Source: Bdellovibrionales bacterium
GTDB taxonomy: Bacteria; Bdellovibrionota; Bdellovibrionia; Bdellovibrionales; JAUICD01
Direction of reading: 5' to 3'
DNA length: 64,000 nt
Assembly (NCBI GenBank): GCA_965262715.1
Contig: OZ253553.1
Location: 32,001 to 96,000 of the forward strand
The position numbers were made by a program, and so were the translations under genes. This document shows positions 30,112-41,724 of the stretch, piece after piece (within the stretch, counting starts at the first letter, position 1; each line of letters begins with the position of its first letter). The notes under the pieces were generated by a model. That model ran no database searches, was not told where the DNA came from, and worked only from the letters and a program-made list of their open reading frames with translations.

Positions 30112-33100
30112 TTACTTACGTTTGAAACATATTGCTGATGTACCGCCATTTGAACCTTCACAATGCCATCTATAGTGGCTGTCTGTATCTGGCGCGTCGT
30201 TTGCAGTGCCCGAAGAGCAGCTATTTTTTGGGTTTTTACGGGCGTTGCTACTACAAGCACCGTGTATTGGTGGTTTCGCTTTTTGACAATCTGTAGCAGT
30301 AGCACCGCCTTTTGCGCCCATACAGAGCCATGTATAATGTGTATCTGTATCATCTATTGCGCCATCGTCTGGAGTCCCAGAGCTGCAGCCATTTCGTTGG
30401 CTGTTATCACAAACTCCTTCGATGATACTTTTTAATCTAGTACAACTTTGATTTCCACCTCCATGCAAACCTTCACAAGTCCATAGATAAAGGGTGGAAT
30501 GTGTATTATCTGGCAATGCCTTTGCAGTCCCAGCAGAGCAACCATTTCTTTGACTTTGATCACAAACGGCATCGATAGGTATCAGCTTTTGACAATCTAT
30601 AGCAGTAGTGCCGCCATTTGCACCTATGCAGTACCATGTATAATGTGTATTTGTATCTGCAATAACGCCGTCGTTTGGAGTGCCGGAAGAGCAGCTATTT
30701 TGTTTACTGTTATCACAAACGCCATGGATAGGCATTAGTTTTTGACAACTTTGTGCTGTAGTGCCGCCGTTTGCACCTACGCAGTGCCATCTATAATGAG
30801 TATTTGTATCGGCTATTGCGCCATCGTTTGCAGTGCCCGAAGAACAGTCATTTCTTTGAGCATTATTACAAGCACCGTTAATAGATTTTGCCTTTTGACA
30901 ATTTTGTGCTGTAGTGCCGCCGTTTGCACCTACGCAGTGCCATGTATAATGTGTATTTGTATCTGTTATAACTGCATCATTTGCTCTGCCGGAAGAACAG
31001 CTATTTCTTTGACTGTTATTACAAACGCCGTTAATAGGTTTTGCCTTTTGACAATTTGTAGCAGTACTGCCGCCATTTGAACCTTCACAATGCCATGTAT
31101 AATGAGTGTTTGTATCGGCTATAGCTGAGTCATTTGCTCTGCCAGCAGTACAGCTATTTCTTTGGCTGTTATTACAAACACCGTTTACTGGTGCAGGTTT
31201 CTCTTTTTGACAATTTTGTGCTGTAGTGCCGCCATTTGTACCTACACAGTGCCATGTATAATGTGTATTTGTATCAGCTATAGCTAAGTCACTTGCTGTG
31301 CCGGAAGAACAACCATTTTGTTGACTGTTATTACAAACACCGTTGACTGGTGCAGGTTTCGCTTTTTGACAATTTGTAGCTGTACTGCCTCCATTTGCAC
31401 CTACACAGTGCCATGTATAATGAGTATTTGTATCTGCTATCGCTGAGTCATTTGCAGTTCCAGAAGAACAACCATTTTGTTGACTGTTATTACAAACGCC
31501 GTTTACTGGTGCAGGTTTCGCTTTTTGACAATTTGTAGCTGTACTGCCTCCATTTGCACCTACACAGTGCCATGTATAATGAGTATTTGTATCTGCTATC
31601 GCTGAGTCATTTGCAGTTCCAGAAGAACAACCATTTTGTTGACTGTTATTACAAACGCCGTTTACTGGTGCAGATTTTGCTTTTTGACAATTTGTAGCAG
31701 TGCTGCCTCCATTTGAACCTTCACAGTGCCATGTATAATGAGTGTTTGTATCGGCTATAGCTGCATCATTTGCTGTGCCCGAAGAACAACCATTTTGTTG
31801 ACTGTTATTACAGACGCCATTGACAGGGATAGCTTTTGTACAACTTGCTGTTGCACCACCATTTGAGCCAACACAATGCCATGTATAATGAGTACTTGTA
31901 TCAGCTATTGCGCCGTCGTCTGGAGTCCCAGCAGTACAATCATTTCTGATGGTGTCATCGCCGCAAACACCATTTATTGGTGCTGCTGTATCAATGGCCA
32001 TACTGCAGCAACCTGTAGCATCAGTGCCATCGTTGGTACCTAAACACTGCCACTGATAATGAGTTTCTGAATCATCTATGTCATTTAAAGTACCTTGAAT
32101 ACAACCATTTTTGACGGAGTTATTACATTCTCCATTTACGATTGAAGATGGATTGCGTGTAACAGCTTGGCCTAATATAGAATTGTCACAGGTCTGATAA
32201 CTTAATGGACCAGGTAAAGGTCCGGAAAAATAACAATAGCTGCCATCTGATGGACAGTAATTATAATAAAACTGTTCAACTATATCATCTACCGAAGTTT
32301 GACTATCTATAGTGGTAGAAGAAGAGGTTGAAGCTTGTATTGCTATAGTACTTTTTACACAGACTTCAGTTGAAGTGATGTCTATTACACCATCACTGCA
32401 ATTTAGTACATCCTCACTGCCACTATCAATTTGAAATTCACATTGATTCGCATTTTGAATATTTGTATGTAATGTCCAAGTTCCACCTTCAGGTCTTAAA
32501 TACTTATAAATGTTATTACTTTCTAACATCACAGCAATTTCTTCATCATTATGTTTAATAGTTATTGGATTAAAATGAGGTTTAGAATTAGAGCTCACTT
32601 GCAAAACTTGTTTTCGATAGGTGAGGCAATCAGAATTGTCAGGATCTTCTGCAGACACCTCAATAGTAACAGAACCAGTAGATTCATCGGTAAAGTCTAA
32701 TTCAATACTTTCACTATCATCTTCGTTTGTCTCCTCAGTTGAAGAAGGTAATGTGACTTTCCATATAATGTTCGAAAAATCTGTAGCATTCTTTAATTCA
32801 AAAGTGGCAGTCTGTCCAACAGTCAAAGAACCGCTTTCAAGAAAGATCTCTAAGACATCTGTTAATGAGCATTCCTCACCAATCACGAGTTTTTTACTGG
32901 CCACAGTTAACAAATCGGAGTTTTTATAAGATGTAGCAAAAATATCATAACTTCCAGGTTTTTTAAATTGATATTGATATTCTGGTTCAGTTGTTGTCTC
33001 TTCTCCATCAGTAACAGTTTCAAAGGATCTAGTAATTTTCCATTTAAAATTTTCAGAATCAGAATGACTATTCATAACCTTTAGTTTCACATCACTATCA

Positions 33101-33360
33101 ATTAGGAAATAATCTTCTATCGAGATGCTTTCATCTTCTGATGGTAAATAAGCAATAATATAACCTTTATCATTAGATACCGTTTGTTCAGAAAACAGGT
33201 TAGGAGCTTGACTTATATTTGAACCGCAGTTTTGAAAAGCTAATAACAATAAAAGTGAAGCCAATAGAAGTAGATAAAAAGCATTATTAAAACTTAACAA
33301 AAAATGCTTTTTTATGTTTTGTTTTTTTATAACCCTAAAGAATTTCATTATTTTTTTCAT
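30112..33360 (-). CDS. Cys-rich repeat lipoprotein, copy 2 (13 repeats)
   Basis: First ~510 aa identical to copy 1; distinct C-terminal repeats ending ..SAICFKRK. Confidence 0.88.
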   Translation of the reverse strand: MKKIMKFFRVIKKQNIKKHFLLSFNNAFYLLLLASLLLLLAFQNCGSNISQAPNLFSEQTVSNDKGYIIAYLPSEDESISIEDYFLIDSDVKLKVMNSHSDSENFKWKITRSFETVTDGEETTTEPEYQYQFKKPGSYDIFATSYKNSDLLTVASKKLVIGEECSLTDVLEIFLESGSLTVGQTATFELKNATDFSNIIWKVTLPSSTEETNEDDSESIELDFTDESTGSVTIEVSAEDPDNSDCLTYRKQVLQVSSNSKPHFNPITIKHNDEEIAVMLESNNIYKYLRPEGGTWTLHTNIQNANQCEFQIDSGSEDVLNCSDGVIDITSTEVCVKSTIAIQASTSSSTTIDSQTSVDDIVEQFYYNYCPSDGSYCYFSGPLPGPLSYQTCDNSILGQAVTRNPSSIVNGECNNSVKNGCIQGTLNDIDDSETHYQWQCLGTNDGTDATGCCSMAIDTAAPINGVCGDDTIRNDCTAGTPDDGAIADTSTHYTWHCVGSNGGATASCTKAIPVNGVCNNSQQNGCSSGTANDAAIADTNTHYTWHCEGSNGGSTATNCQKAKSAPVNGVCNNSQQNGCSSGTANDSAIADTNTHYTWHCVGANGGSTATNCQKAKPAPVNGVCNNSQQNGCSSGTANDSAIADTNTHYTWHCVGANGGSTATNCQKAKPAPVNGVCNNSQQNGCSSGTASDLAIADTNTHYTWHCVGTNGGTTAQNCQKEKPAPVNGVCNNSQRNSCTAGRANDSAIADTNTHYTWHCEGSNGGSTATNCQKAKPINGVCNNSQRNSCSSGRANDAVITDTNTHYTWHCVGANGGTTAQNCQKAKSINGACNNAQRNDCSSGTANDGAIADTNTHYRWHCVGANGGTTAQSCQKLMPIHGVCDNSKQNSCSSGTPNDGVIADTNTHYTWYCIGANGGTTAIDCQKLIPIDAVCDQSQRNGCSAGTAKALPDNTHSTLYLWTCEGLHGGGNQSCTRLKSIIEGVCDNSQRNGCSSGTPDDGAIDDTDTHYTWLCMGAKGGATATDCQKAKPPIHGACSSNARKNPKNSCSSGTANDAPDTDSHYRWHCEGSNGGTSAICFKRK

Positions 33361-33762
33361 TGCTCTATACTTTCATCATCGTTGTATTACGAACCTTCTT
33401 TTATGTGCTATGTACTGCTAGTTGTCCAAAAATTTGAAAGGTAAAATGAATAAAAATATCAAAAATGTAAATCTTTAAAACCAAGCCAAAAGACTGGGTT
33501 TTTAGCCTACCTGGACTGTAACTTACGTACAAAAGTTACAGTATTAAGTTATTGAAATAACTACCGATACAGGTATTGAAGGGCTTTAATTGCTAATAGT
33601 CTTTGGTGTAGAAAACGACCAAAAACATCAATGATTTTAAGGGGACAGGACTGTAACTTATGTACGTAAGTTACACTATCAAGTTATTGATTTTATTGAG
33701 TTATTCGAAGTTTCTATCTTTTTTCGATATGGCATTAAGGTCATGAAAAAGTCCAGGACCGT

Positions 33763-34854
33763 TGTAAATTGATACAATATGTGCTTCTATGTGCCTTTCT
33801 TAAAAAAAACTTCTTATATTTCCATTTTAGTGAGTTTTAAAGATTTCCTTAACATGATGTAAGAGAATGAAGGGAGTCTCCTTACTAAAGAATAAACATG
33901 CTTTTGAGGTAGTCAGCTTTTTATTGAAGGTGTGAACCTTCAAGCTGACTACCCAAAAGTGGTCAGAGACCAGTTTATTTTTAGTGAAACAATTGCAAAT
34001 TGATACAATATGTGCTTCTATGTGCCTTTTTTAAAAATAACTTCTTATATTTCCATTTTAGTGAGTTTTAAAGATTTCCTTAACATGATGTAAGAGAATG
34101 AAGGGAGTCTCCTTACTAAAGAATAAACATGCTTTTGAGGTAGTCAGCTTTTTATTGAAGGTGTGAACCTTCAAGCTGACTACCCAAAAGTGGTCAGAGA
34201 CCAGTTTATTTTTAGTGAAACAATTGCAAATTGATACAATATGTGCTTCTATGTGCCTTTTTTAAAAATAACTCCTTATATTTCCATTTTAGTGAGTTTT
34301 AAAGATTTCCTTAACATGATGTAAGAGAATGAAGGGAGTCTCCTTACTAAAGAATAAACATGCTTTTGAGGTAGTCAGCTTTTTATTGAAGGTGTGAACC
34401 TTCAAGCTGATTAGATACATTTAAAGAGTCTATTATCTATAAATTAAACACTGTAATCTTTAAAAATCTCAGTGAGACAAGCCTTAACGCTTGTCTATTC
34501 CAAAAGTGGTCAGAGACCAGTTTATTTTTAGTGAAACAATTGCAAATTGATACAATATGTGCTTCTATATGCCTTTCTTAAAAATAACTTCTTATATTTC
34601 CATTTTAGTGAGTTTTAAAGATTTCCTTAACATGATGTAAGAGAATGAAGGGAGTCTCCTTACTAAAGAATAAACATGCTTTTGAGGTAGTCAGCTTTTT
34701 ATTGAAGGTGTGAACCTTCAAGCTGATTAGATACATTTAAAGAGTCTATCATCTATAAATTAAACACTGTAATCTTTAAAAATCTCAGTGAGACAAGCCT
34801 TAACGCTTGTCTATTCCAAAAGTGGTCAGAGACCAGTTTATTTTTAGTGAAACA
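33763..34854 (+). repeat. Structured tandem array B: four units (231, 231, 316, ~314 bp)
   Basis: Unit starts at 33763, 33994, 34225, 34541. Confidence 0.92.
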
Positions 34855-35124
34855 GCATTGCCCTATTTGCCAAACGGCGTGAGCCAGTTTGGGGGCAATG
34901 CCAGAAAGTGGCCAGAGTTAGGAGATGGATTGTTTTTTAGAAAAACAAGGAAAAATCTTTGGAGCAATGATTTTGATGTTTTAAGCCATTTCTCGAAGTC
35001 CTCGATTGATCGCTTTGGTAGCGATCAATCTGCGGAAGATCTCGTCTTTGGCTTAAAACATCAACTCTTAATTCCTATGATAAAGATTATAGGTGATTTG
35101 TAAGGAGAAGAGACGGTAAGAGGA

Positions 35125-35272
35125 AGTTTTCCTTAACATTTTGTTAAAAAAGAAGAGATTCTCATTACTAAAAATAAACGGATTTTTTAGGCAATGAGTA
35201 TTTTACGAGGGCGTTAGCCGTCGTGCTCATTGCCCAAAAACAGTCAGAGACTGGTTTATTTTTAGTGAGACA
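35125..35272 (+). repeat. Diverged solo copy of the structured repeat
   Basis: ACTAAAAATAAAC..GGCAATGAGT..ACGAGGGC-GTTA-GCCGTCGT-GCTCATTGCC..CAGTC-AGA-GACTG-GTTTATTTTTAGT. Confidence 0.8.
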
Positions 35273-35376
35273 GCATCGAGATACATTTTAGTGAAATATT
35301 TTACTAGGTTGACCTAGTAAAAATACTAGACATGCCTAGTAAAATGATGCTACAGTTTAAGAAGGTTTTAAGATAA

Positions 35377-36546
35377 GTGTTGGAGGTAAATATTATGAGA
35401 AAACCCATAAGTAACTCTAATCTAGTGACCTTGCCCATTGTAAAAGATCTTAAATACAATCTCAAACAAAAAAATGCTTTAATACAAGTTGTTGTAGGTC
35501 CTAGGCAGGTAGGTAAAACTACTTCTGTAGATATGTATCTTAAGCATCTGAAAAAGGATCAATACCTATATGCATCTGCTGACGTGATAATTCAACGTTC
35601 AAATGCGTGGCTGCTTGAACAATGGGTTTTAGCCCAACAAAAGAATCCTAGAGGAACGTTGATTATAGATGAAATTCAGCAGGTGGAAAATTGGTCCACT
35701 CAGATCAAAAAACTATGGGATCAACAAAGAAGGCAAAGACACTCATTGAAAGTTATTCTTTTAGGCTCTAGTTCATTAGATATTCAAAAGGGTTTAGAAG
35801 AAAGCCTAACAGGACGTTATCAGTTGCATCAAATGCATCATTGGAATTTTGCAGAAAGTTATAAAGGTTATGGACTCTCCCATGAGGATTTCATAGTTTA
35901 TGGTGGATATCCTGGCAGTTATCGATTTCTCAATAATGAAGTAGAATGGTTAAAATATTTAAGGCATTCCATTATAGAGCCAGTGATAGGTAAGGATATT
36001 TTATCTCTAGCGAGAGTCAAATCAGCAGCCTTATTTAAACAGTGTTTTGATCTTGTGTGTTCTTATCCAGCTCAAGAGATCAGTTACACAAAATTGCTTG
36101 GTCAGTTACAAGATAAAGGCCACATTGATACAATAAAGTATTATTTGGAATTACTGGAGGGAGCTTTTTTAGTCAAACAGGTGTTTAAATTTTCTGTTAA
36201 GGAGAGGTTGGTGCGATCATCTTCGCCAAAACTTCTGCCTTTATGCCCGGCACTCTATTCTGTTTATAAAGATGCAGAATTAGATAGCAGTGAGAGAGGC
36301 AGAGCCTTTGAGGTGATTGTGGGCATGGTTTTAAACAGGCTGCCTGGCCAGGTGTTCTACTGGAGAGAACGCAATTATGAAGTAGATTATGTCTATAAAT
36401 ATAAAAAGAAGCTCTATGCCATAGAGGTCAAATCGGGACGTGCAAATAAAATAAAAGGACTGCAAAGGTTTATAGAAAAATTTAAGGGTAGCATCCCATT
36501 GATTGTCACTCCTCAAAATTATGAAAAGCTCCTCTCACAACTTTAG
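35377..36546 (+). CDS. AAA_14-type ATPase with DUF4143-like C-terminal PD-(D/E)XK domain
   Basis: GPRQVGKT, IIDEIQ, LGSS, ESLTGR, YGGYP, EVDYV..AIEVKSG; upstream palindrome TTTACTAGGT-TG-ACCTAGTAAA near 35300. Confidence 0.88.
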   Translation: MLEVNIMRKPISNSNLVTLPIVKDLKYNLKQKNALIQVVVGPRQVGKTTSVDMYLKHLKKDQYLYASADVIIQRSNAWLLEQWVLAQQKNPRGTLIIDEIQQVENWSTQIKKLWDQQRRQRHSLKVILLGSSSLDIQKGLEESLTGRYQLHQMHHWNFAESYKGYGLSHEDFIVYGGYPGSYRFLNNEVEWLKYLRHSIIEPVIGKDILSLARVKSAALFKQCFDLVCSYPAQEISYTKLLGQLQDKGHIDTIKYYLELLEGAFLVKQVFKFSVKERLVRSSSPKLLPLCPALYSVYKDAELDSSERGRAFEVIVGMVLNRLPGQVFYWRERNYEVDYVYKYKKKLYAIEVKSGRANKIKGLQRFIEKFKGSIPLIVTPQNYEKLLSQL

Positions 36547-36562
36547 CTGGCAACAAGTTTGA

Positions 36563-37280
36563 TTGAAAGTGAAAAAAGGATGTGACGACTTAATTTTAAA
36601 ATTAAGTCTTTCTAGAGAAAACCTTATTTCTTTATCGAGTCTTATAAAGAATACAGGGACTAAGAAGTATCTTAAGATTGACAAAAAAAATAAACAAGAG
36701 GCAACTTTAAATCAAAAGAAAATAGATGAAGATACTCAATGGGATGGTATTCACGGAGTTATCACTAATCATAAACCAGAAGATTTAACACCATCAGAGA
36801 TTTTAGAAAGATACAAGGGTTTATGGCAAATAGAGAATGCTTTTAGAGTTAATAAGCATGACCTTAAGATGCGTCCTATCTACCATTGGACACCGAGAAG
36901 AATTAGATCTCATATTTTAATTTGTTATATAGCATATAGTGTAATGACCTTTATTAAATTTCAATTAAAACAGAAGAACATTGATCTTAGTTTCAAAAGA
37001 CTTAGAGATGAGTTAAAGAGTATACAATATAGTATTGTATTAGATAAGACGACGAACAAGAGATTCATTTTACCTTTAAATATCACAAGTCTTCACAAAC
37101 AAATTTATGAAGCTCTTAATATTAAATTCACTCAAGCAAGATTCTTAGGAGAAAAAGAGTTTCCGACAAGTTAAATACAATCATAAAATCCTCTTAAATA
37201 AACAAAAAGTGTAGTGACCCCTGAACTACCTAAACTATTGTAATCATTACATGACGCATGCGCAATATGACGAAGTCGGG
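36563..37280 (+). pseudogene. 3' fragment of an IS1634-family transposase with probable right end
   Basis: DGIHGVITN, YKGLWQIENAFR..K..L.MRPIYHW..RRIRSHILICYIAY; no N-terminus. Confidence 0.8.
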
Positions 37281-37575
37281 TGAAAATATGTAAAATTTAC
37301 ATGAATTTTAGAAAAAATTGTTTTTGCTTGCGATTTTATTTTTTTCGATTATTTTGCATAGGTAGATTTTAAAACAATTTGAAGTCAGAGGGTTTTGAAT
37401 ATATAAGAATATATAACATGACGGCTCTTATACCACTAAATAGGCAATTACATAACTTTTATTACAGTGCCCAATTTACAGGAGAGTTGGTATTATAGTA
37501 TTGTGGATGCAAGAGCTTACTTAATCTCTATTTTTTTATTTGTTAGTATGTTACTTAAAATGATCGGAAAATTCC

Positions 37576-38544
37576 ATGGCAAGAGCAGATATAATCGTTA
37601 ATCTTATAAAATCGGGCTATTCGGGGGATAGAACTTCATTTAGAAAAATTGTTGAAACACTAATTTCTGAAGAACAAGCAAAGAACCATTATGTTTTTGC
37701 CAACCAGTTGAGAAATATCCTTTATCATGAAATTCCACAGCAACAATCATTTCATAGTATCACTAAATGTGATGATTTAATTTTTGAGTCAATTCCCAAA
37801 AGAAAATTAGGCAGTCTAGTTCTAAATGATACCATTCTCAAGCCTTGCAAGGAATTAGTCGAAGAACACAATCGCTCTGAATTATTACGCTCTTATGGGC
37901 TTGAACCTCGACATAGAATACTGCTTAAAGGGCCTCCTGGAAATGGAAAAACTAGTTTAGCTGAAGCTATGGCAGTAGAGCTTATGTATCCCTTGTTTAC
38001 GATAAGGTATGAGAGCCTAATCGGGAGTTATCTGGGAGAAACGGCAACAAGACTTCAAAAAATATTCGATTATGTAGCTACCCGAAAATGTATCCTCTTT
38101 TTTGATGAGTTTGACACTTTGGCCAAGGAACGAGGAGATACACGAGAAACAGGAGAGATTAAGAGAGTTGTAAGCTCTCTCCTACTGCAGATAGATCGGC
38201 TACCAAGTTATGTTGTTGTTATTACGGCAAGTAATCATCCCGAATTGCTTGACCGAGCAGTATGGAGAAGGTTTCAGCTTAAATTAGATTTATCATTGCC
38301 AAAGAAAAAAGATATTGAACAATTTGTTAAAAGTTTTTCCGATAAAACAAAAATTACATTTGATTATAGATACGAATATCTAGCAAAACAACTTCAAGGG
38401 CTTAGTTTTTCAGATATAGAGAATTTTTGTTTAGACATTCTCAGGCAATTTATATTATCAAAAAATCATCAATCTACAAGAATAATTGTTAAAAATAGAC
38501 TAAATCAATTGCGGACAACTACCACCAATTCAAAAAATGCCTAG
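37576..38544 (+). CDS. ietA: AAA+ ATPase, IetA-like
   Basis: GPPGNGKT, SYLGETA, LFFDEFD..KER....GEIKRVV, ASNHPELLDRAVWRRF; overlaps the S8 protease gene. Confidence 0.85.
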   Translation: MARADIIVNLIKSGYSGDRTSFRKIVETLISEEQAKNHYVFANQLRNILYHEIPQQQSFHSITKCDDLIFESIPKRKLGSLVLNDTILKPCKELVEEHNRSELLRSYGLEPRHRILLKGPPGNGKTSLAEAMAVELMYPLFTIRYESLIGSYLGETATRLQKIFDYVATRKCILFFDEFDTLAKERGDTRETGEIKRVVSSLLLQIDRLPSYVVVITASNHPELLDRAVWRRFQLKLDLSLPKKKDIEQFVKSFSDKTKITFDYRYEYLAKQLQGLSFSDIENFCLDILRQFILSKNHQSTRIIVKNRLNQLRTTTTNSKNA

Positions 38545-41251
38545 CGACAGACCAATACTGAGTTTTAATAAACCAATAAAATCTCAACGAGAAAGCAACT
38601 CTCGCTTCTTCTCTAATCCAATAATTCCACCTTCGAGAGAACATCAAAGTATTCGCTTTGACGAAAAAATAAAAAATATGAAAAATGCATTCATTGTTGA
38701 TCATCCGTCAGGGCTTGAAGTAGAACGAGTACTTGTCCTTGAGGTGATTGGTGGCAGTATTGAAAAACTAAAAAATGCAGCGATAAATGTGGGACTTAGA
38801 TGGCTAGCCGAGATAGACGAAGATGAGATAGTTTTAACTGAAGATAGCGGTTTTTTGAAAAAAGTAGAAATTTCAGAAAAATTTTTTAAAACTAAAAATG
38901 TTGTGGACAATAATGATGAGTCAAAAGAAATATTTGATGCCTTAATCAAAAGTGATTTCCTTGTAAAAGAAAGCCAAGGGAGCAAAGCACCTTATTGTTG
39001 GAATACAGAAAAACAACCAGAAGAATTTAAAAACTTAATCTCCACGAGGTTTGAAGATAAAAGAGAAGCGATTATTACATCTTTAAGAGATAAAATTGAG
39101 GAAATGAATAAAAAATCTGTCAAGGGAAGACTATTCCTTTTTATGAGCAATATGGCAGGCATGGATAAGCTTTTAGCTATTTGGAAAAAATACCAAAAAA
39201 ATGAAATGATGCACGGGGAAGGTATATGGAAGAATCTTTTTCAATATTTGAATAATATTCGTTATTGGGGCGAAAATGACCGTCTAGAAGAGAATAATGT
39301 CTTAGATAAATTTAGAGAAGATATCGAGATTCGAGGCGACAAAGATAGCGTGCCATTTGAGTTAGAACTTTGGTACAACAGTGATAACAATAAAAGAACT
39401 GCCTATGAGAAAGATATTTCTAACAGAATAGAAGAGCTGGGAGGAGATATTAGCACAGTCAGTTTTTATGAAAATAAAGAAACTGGAATTCACTTAGCAA
39501 AAGTTAATTTACAAGCTCAAGAAATTAAAAAACTAGTTCGAAAAAATCATTATAATATACTATTCAAAAGTGAATTTATAAAATTTGTTCGACCATCTGG
39601 TCAAAACATATTACAAATAAATGTTGATGAGACAACGCCGATTGTGCCACCCGCCATAGAGCCTCAGGATATTTTCAATACTCCCCCTATTATCGCTCTA
39701 TTAGATGGCCTTCCCATGGAAAACCATGAGGCAATCAAAGACAAAGTCATTATAGATGACCCTGATTCTATGAGTGAAAATTATATGGCAGAGCAGAGGG
39801 TTCACGGGACTAGCATGGCATCTCTAATTTGCAATGGAGACTTAGAAAAACCTTCAAAAGCACTTGCAAGAAGAATTTATGTTAGACCTATTATGGAACC
39901 ACACCTTCTTCCAATAGGAAACGAAGTTGTGCCAGAGAATATCTTTTTTGAAGATATAATTGAAAGGTCTGTAAAAAGAATTTTCGAAGATTTAAAACTG
40001 AATGTCAAAGTCATCAATCTTTCAGTTTGCCATTCTTCGAGGTGGCTTTATTCAAATATGACTTCTGGTGGAAGACTTTTAGATTGGCCCTCTTGGAAAT
40101 ATAAAGTGCTCTTTTGTGTTAGTGCTGGAAATTGCATAGAACCAATACCTATTAAAGATGAAAGAAACCCCCAAAATATTGTTAGACAAATGAAAGAAGA
40201 TAATAGAAATAAAAAAATCTTAATGCCTGCAGACTCAATAAATGCAATAACAGTAGGGGCCTTACACCAAGATAAATGTATTGATTTTAATATAGGTCAG
40301 AGGATTGATCTCCTAGTTGGTTATAGTAATGTGCCCTCACCAATTTCTTCATTTGGACACGGATTTTCTTCCTCGATAAAGCCTGAAATTTTACTTCCTG
40401 GAGGAAGACAGCTATATGATAAGATAGATGGATTCTATAAAATAAATCCTTATTCCTCTGCACCAGGCCAAAAAACTGCCATTGGAAGCTCTACAGGGGC
40501 TAACGAATATGTTTATTCCCGTGGAACGAGTAATGCAACTGCATTAGCAACAAGGAATGTCGGTCTTATTTTTGAAATGCTAGAAGACGTTGGGTTTGGA
40601 ATACCTGATACATATCAAGCAGTGGTTTTAAAAACATTACTTGTTCATGGTGCTCGCCAGGGAAAAATTAAAAAAGAATTTTGCAAACTTCTTGATGAAA
40701 GCTTGATTAAAAAAGAGTTGTCCAAGTATTTAGGTTATGGTGCTCCAGATATTTCTCGGGTTATGAATTGCACAGAAAAGAGAGTAACTCTCTTGGGATT
40801 CAACTCAATATCCAATGATCAAAAGCACGAATATTCATTTCCCTTGCCAGCAATTCTGAGCGGTTCACAAAAAAAGAGAACTTTGGTTGTAACTCTATCT
40901 TGGATAACTCCCGTAAATATCTTTGACTCAAAGTATAGAGTTGCTCGTTTGACATTGGCTTCTCTTGGAAAGAACAATCTGTTGAATTTAAAAAGAAAGG
41001 AAATCGATAGTCGTCAATCTATTCGTGGTACTACTCAACATGAAATATTATCATCACGGAATGAGATAGAAAATTTTACCAATGATAAAGAAATAAAAAT
41101 CCCTATTGAGTGCATTTTTTCAAAAGAAACTTCCTCAATAAATCAGGAGATACCTTATGCTTTAGCTGTCACCCTAGAGATTGAAGATGATATAGAAATA
41201 TACGAAAAGATTAGATCTGCTGTTATGATTCAAGAGACAATTCACGCTTAA
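38537..41251 (+). CDS. ietS: S8 subtilisin-like protease, IetS-like, no signal peptide
   Basis: Catalytic D (IALLDG), H (HGTSMAS), oxyanion SAGN, S (GTSNAT); IKPE and LGYGAP motifs. Confidence 0.85.
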   Translation: MPSDRPILSFNKPIKSQRESNSRFFSNPIIPPSREHQSIRFDEKIKNMKNAFIVDHPSGLEVERVLVLEVIGGSIEKLKNAAINVGLRWLAEIDEDEIVLTEDSGFLKKVEISEKFFKTKNVVDNNDESKEIFDALIKSDFLVKESQGSKAPYCWNTEKQPEEFKNLISTRFEDKREAIITSLRDKIEEMNKKSVKGRLFLFMSNMAGMDKLLAIWKKYQKNEMMHGEGIWKNLFQYLNNIRYWGENDRLEENNVLDKFREDIEIRGDKDSVPFELELWYNSDNNKRTAYEKDISNRIEELGGDISTVSFYENKETGIHLAKVNLQAQEIKKLVRKNHYNILFKSEFIKFVRPSGQNILQINVDETTPIVPPAIEPQDIFNTPPIIALLDGLPMENHEAIKDKVIIDDPDSMSENYMAEQRVHGTSMASLICNGDLEKPSKALARRIYVRPIMEPHLLPIGNEVVPENIFFEDIIERSVKRIFEDLKLNVKVINLSVCHSSRWLYSNMTSGGRLLDWPSWKYKVLFCVSAGNCIEPIPIKDERNPQNIVRQMKEDNRNKKILMPADSINAITVGALHQDKCIDFNIGQRIDLLVGYSNVPSPISSFGHGFSSSIKPEILLPGGRQLYDKIDGFYKINPYSSAPGQKTAIGSSTGANEYVYSRGTSNATALATRNVGLIFEMLEDVGFGIPDTYQAVVLKTLLVHGARQGKIKKEFCKLLDESLIKKELSKYLGYGAPDISRVMNCTEKRVTLLGFNSISNDQKHEYSFPLPAILSGSQKKRTLVVTLSWITPVNIFDSKYRVARLTLASLGKNNLLNLKRKEIDSRQSIRGTTQHEILSSRNEIENFTNDKEIKIPIECIFSKETSSINQEIPYALAVTLEIEDDIEIYEKIRSAVMIQETIHA

Positions 41252-41724
41252 ACAAGGTTTTCTTGAAAGGAAAAACGCTGCGTCCATATGATGGACGGCA
41301 GTGGGCAATGAAAATATAGTAAAAACAGTCTCATGGAAGTGCCGGCGACACCTCCACCATTATAAGTTCAGTTTTTTTGTGCTCTCTTAAAGTTCTTAAA
41401 GTAGAACTTTTGGACCATGAGGACTGAGTGATTTTTTCAATATCACGAGTGGAAAGCTTGAGATCAACATACAATTTTAAGTAAAATTTCTAAACTTTTT
41501 CCTGGAACATTAAGGAAACGTGTAATAAATAAAGATACATAACTAGAACTATCGGAGGAAATGCCTATAAACATAGCTACTGAAATATTATAGATTTTAG
41601 TTTTTGACAATTTGTAGCCGTACTGCCGCCTCTTGAACCTTCACAATGCCATCTGTAATGTGTATTTGTATCTGAGATGGCTGCATCATTTACTCTGCCA
41701 GCGTTGCAGCCATTTCGTTAGCTG

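Noticed and set aside
30163..31080. Plus-strand Cys-rich ORFs (also 22811, 24264, 32621, 41967-43209, 44210, 51448-52611, 53369)
   Set aside because: Antisense shadows of the repetitive lipoprotein genes
34807..35103. 98-aa ORF after array B
   Set aside because: Starts inside the repeat unit, crosses a hairpin variant, and is disrupted in the module A copy
41340..41359. tRNA/tmRNA gene from CACCTCCACCA (also CTCCACCA at ~26975 and ~59302)
   Set aside because: No TTC-containing T-loop or cloverleaf upstream; at most a short att-like remnant
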